From an uncultured Planctomycetota bacterium (GTDB lineage Bacteria > Planctomycetota > Planctomycetia > Isosphaerales > Isosphaeraceae), in the NCBI GenBank assembly GCA_963845755.1, contig CAWJTV010000011.1, positions 1,408,001-1,472,000 on the forward strand: a stretch of DNA of 64,000 nucleotides, written 5' to 3'. The notes beneath the pieces are model-generated. The model did not search any database, was not told the origin of the DNA, and saw nothing but the letters and a program-made list of their open reading frames with translations. The translations under genes were made by a program, and so were the position numbers. Shown one piece after another: positions 62,455 to 64,000 of this stretch (positions are counted from its first letter, which is position 1; every line of letters starts with the position of its first letter).

Positions 62455-62625
62455 GTGAATCGGCTCATCGAGGCCGCCAGGCATTTCGGTCGGGACGAGG
62501 GAGGTGTTTCGATCGTTGAATACGCCCTCATGTTCGCCTTGATCACGATCGTCTGCATCGTGGTGATTGGCGCGTTGGGGGCGAAGGTCAACGAGTTCTT
62601 CAGTTCATTCTCCGCGACCATCTGA
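62455..62625 (+). CDS. flp: Flp family pilin 3, divergent (not in the ORF track)
   Basis: GTG start; MNRLIEAARHFGRDEGG/VSIVEYALMFALITIVCIVVIGALGAKVNEFFSSFSATI; RBS GAGGA. Confidence 0.9.
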   Translation: MNRLIEAARHFGRDEGGVSIVEYALMFALITIVCIVVIGALGAKVNEFFSSFSATI

Positions 62626-62933
62626 TTCACGGCCGTCGCGGCCGGGCCCGTGTGGCATGGGCGGCGATCGCGAGAGTCGGGGGACAGGCGGATTCTTACC
62701 CTGCCGGCAGGGAAAGGCCCGTTCAGCCCGGTCTCCCTTAGATCTGGTGGTCGATTCGATGAGGGAGGCGCGAGCCTTCCCGGAACGCCGGCGTCGCCGC
62801 CTGGGATGGTCAACGTAGCCCTCGCTCGCGGCGCGTGCAGCCTTTGATTGGTGGAGTTCCCTCGCGGATATCCCCTTTCCTCCGTGCGCCGAGCGCGACG
62901 AGGACAAGATCCCCATAGCTAAGGAGACCGACG

Positions 62934-63485
62934 GTGCCTGGTCCCGCGGACGTCCCGATAGCCATCGCACTGACCGCCACGCTGATCGCGGCCATCACCG
63001 ATGTCTGGAAGTTCAAGGTCTACAACCTCCTGACCCTGCCGCTGCTCGCGGTCGGTCTCGTCTATCACGCGATGCGGGCAGACCTCGCCAGCAGCCTCGT
63101 CGGCGTCCTGTTCGGGTTCGGTGCCCTAATCGCCCTCCACGTGATCGGCGGAATGGGGGCCGGCGACGTCAAGCTGATGGCCGCGCTGGGAGCCTGGTTG
63201 GGGATGCCGTTGACCTTCCACGTGTTCATCGCCAGCTCGCTGGCTGCGGGCGCCTATGCCGTGGTCCTGATGGTGGTGACCGGGAAAGTGGGCGAGACGT
63301 TCCTGAACCTGCAGGTTCTCTGGATGCGCCTGGTTTGCATCGGCCGCTACTTGGGGGCCGACGACCGGGTCGAGAAGGAGGTGCGCCGGGCCGACCGCCG
63401 CCGGCGGATCATCCCTTTCGCCGCCATGGTGCTGGTCGGGATCGTGAGTACGCTGCTGTGGTCCGGCAGCAACCCGATGCCCTGA
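62934..63485 (+). CDS. cpaA: Prepilin peptidase CpaA/TadV (A24)
   Basis: AAITDVWKFKVYNLLT, GGMGAGDVKL, IPFA; RBS AAGGAG. Confidence 0.92.
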   Translation: MPGPADVPIAIALTATLIAAITDVWKFKVYNLLTLPLLAVGLVYHAMRADLASSLVGVLFGFGALIALHVIGGMGAGDVKLMAALGAWLGMPLTFHVFIASSLAAGAYAVVLMVVTGKVGETFLNLQVLWMRLVCIGRYLGADDRVEKEVRRADRRRRIIPFAAMVLVGIVSTLLWSGSNPMP

Positions 63486-63584
63486 CCGCGAGCCGCGCGG
63501 TCGCCCGCCGGGGAAAGCCCGGGCCCGGTCAGACTGATCTCGACGTTGTCCTCCTCAGCTATCCATCCCATCGGGAGTAGACTT

Positions 63585-64000
63585 ATGAGTCCGCGTACGC
63601 TGATCGTGGCAATGCTGGCGCTATTCTTCGGCGGAACGGCCGCTGTCGGGGTCAATTCGCTGATCAAGTCCCCGCCGAAAGGGGATATGGTCCCGGTCGT
63701 GGTGGCTGCCGCGGACATCGCACGCGGAGGTACGATTACCAGCGAGCTGCTCAAGACGCGGGACTTCCCCAGGGAGCTAGTGTCCCCAGGGGCGATCATG
63801 AAGATCGAGGACGCGATCGACCGGACAGTCGCGATCCCGCTGATGCGGGACGACGCGATCCTGGAGAACAAGCTGGCCACCAAGGGGGCCGGGCGCGGGA
63901 TGGCCGCGCTGATCCCGAAGGGGATGCGGGCCTTCACGATCACGACCACGCTGGCGTCGGGCGTGGCTGGCTTCATCCTGCCCGGCAACAGGGTGGACGT
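63585..64000 (+). CDS. cpaB: Flp pilus assembly protein CpaB/RcpC; runs off the window
   Basis: MSPRTLIVAMLALFFGG, SAF domain VVVAAADIARG, IPKGMRAFTI..SGVAGFILPGNRVD. Confidence 0.93.
   Translation, partial: MSPRTLIVAMLALFFGGTAAVGVNSLIKSPPKGDMVPVVVAAADIARGGTITSELLKTRDFPRELVSPGAIMKIEDAIDRTVAIPLMRDDAILENKLATKGAGRGMAALIPKGMRAFTITTTLASGVAGFILPGNRVD

Overview
GC-rich bacterial DNA whose gene content points to a planctomycete (Isosphaeraceae-like; inference from the LExRxLL export motif, GYF_2 proteins, TPR/zf-HC2 Ser/Thr kinases and palindromic intergenic repeats). Most long genes contain single-base frame breaks, probably long-read consensus errors, so genes were rebuilt across frames and some boundaries are approximate. 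Four blocks are visible. (1) 1-24.5 kb is a signalling/conflict island: a membrane-tethered Zn-ribbon P-loop GTPase; an operon of receptor Ser/Thr kinase, exported TPR-CHAT protease and a truncated exported protein; a TPR kinase; two convergent double-GYF_2 membrane proteins; and a GTPase / GAP1-N2 / helical TM protein operon. (2) 27.6-39.6 kb is a minus-strand arylsulfatase cluster with a DyP peroxidase, a catalase-like protein lacking the proximal Tyr, and a NarL-type two-component system. (3) 40-46.6 kb holds gene fragments, a PAS hybrid kinase preceded in frame by a sigma-70 remnant, and a sigma-54 activator with an atypical receiver. (4) 46.8-64 kb is a Tad/Flp pilus locus (secretin, TPR lipoprotein, three Flp pilins, CpaA, CpaB) interrupted by one polyprenyl-phosphate-sugar-synthase-like GT2 and six consecutive GT-C membrane glycosyltransferases, with a sigma-54 promoter before the pilins. 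The best candidates for undescribed systems are the Tad-embedded GT-C array and the membrane-anchored GTPase/GAP1/GYF system. No rRNA, tRNA or CRISPR array was seen. All family names come from motif recognition, not database searches.
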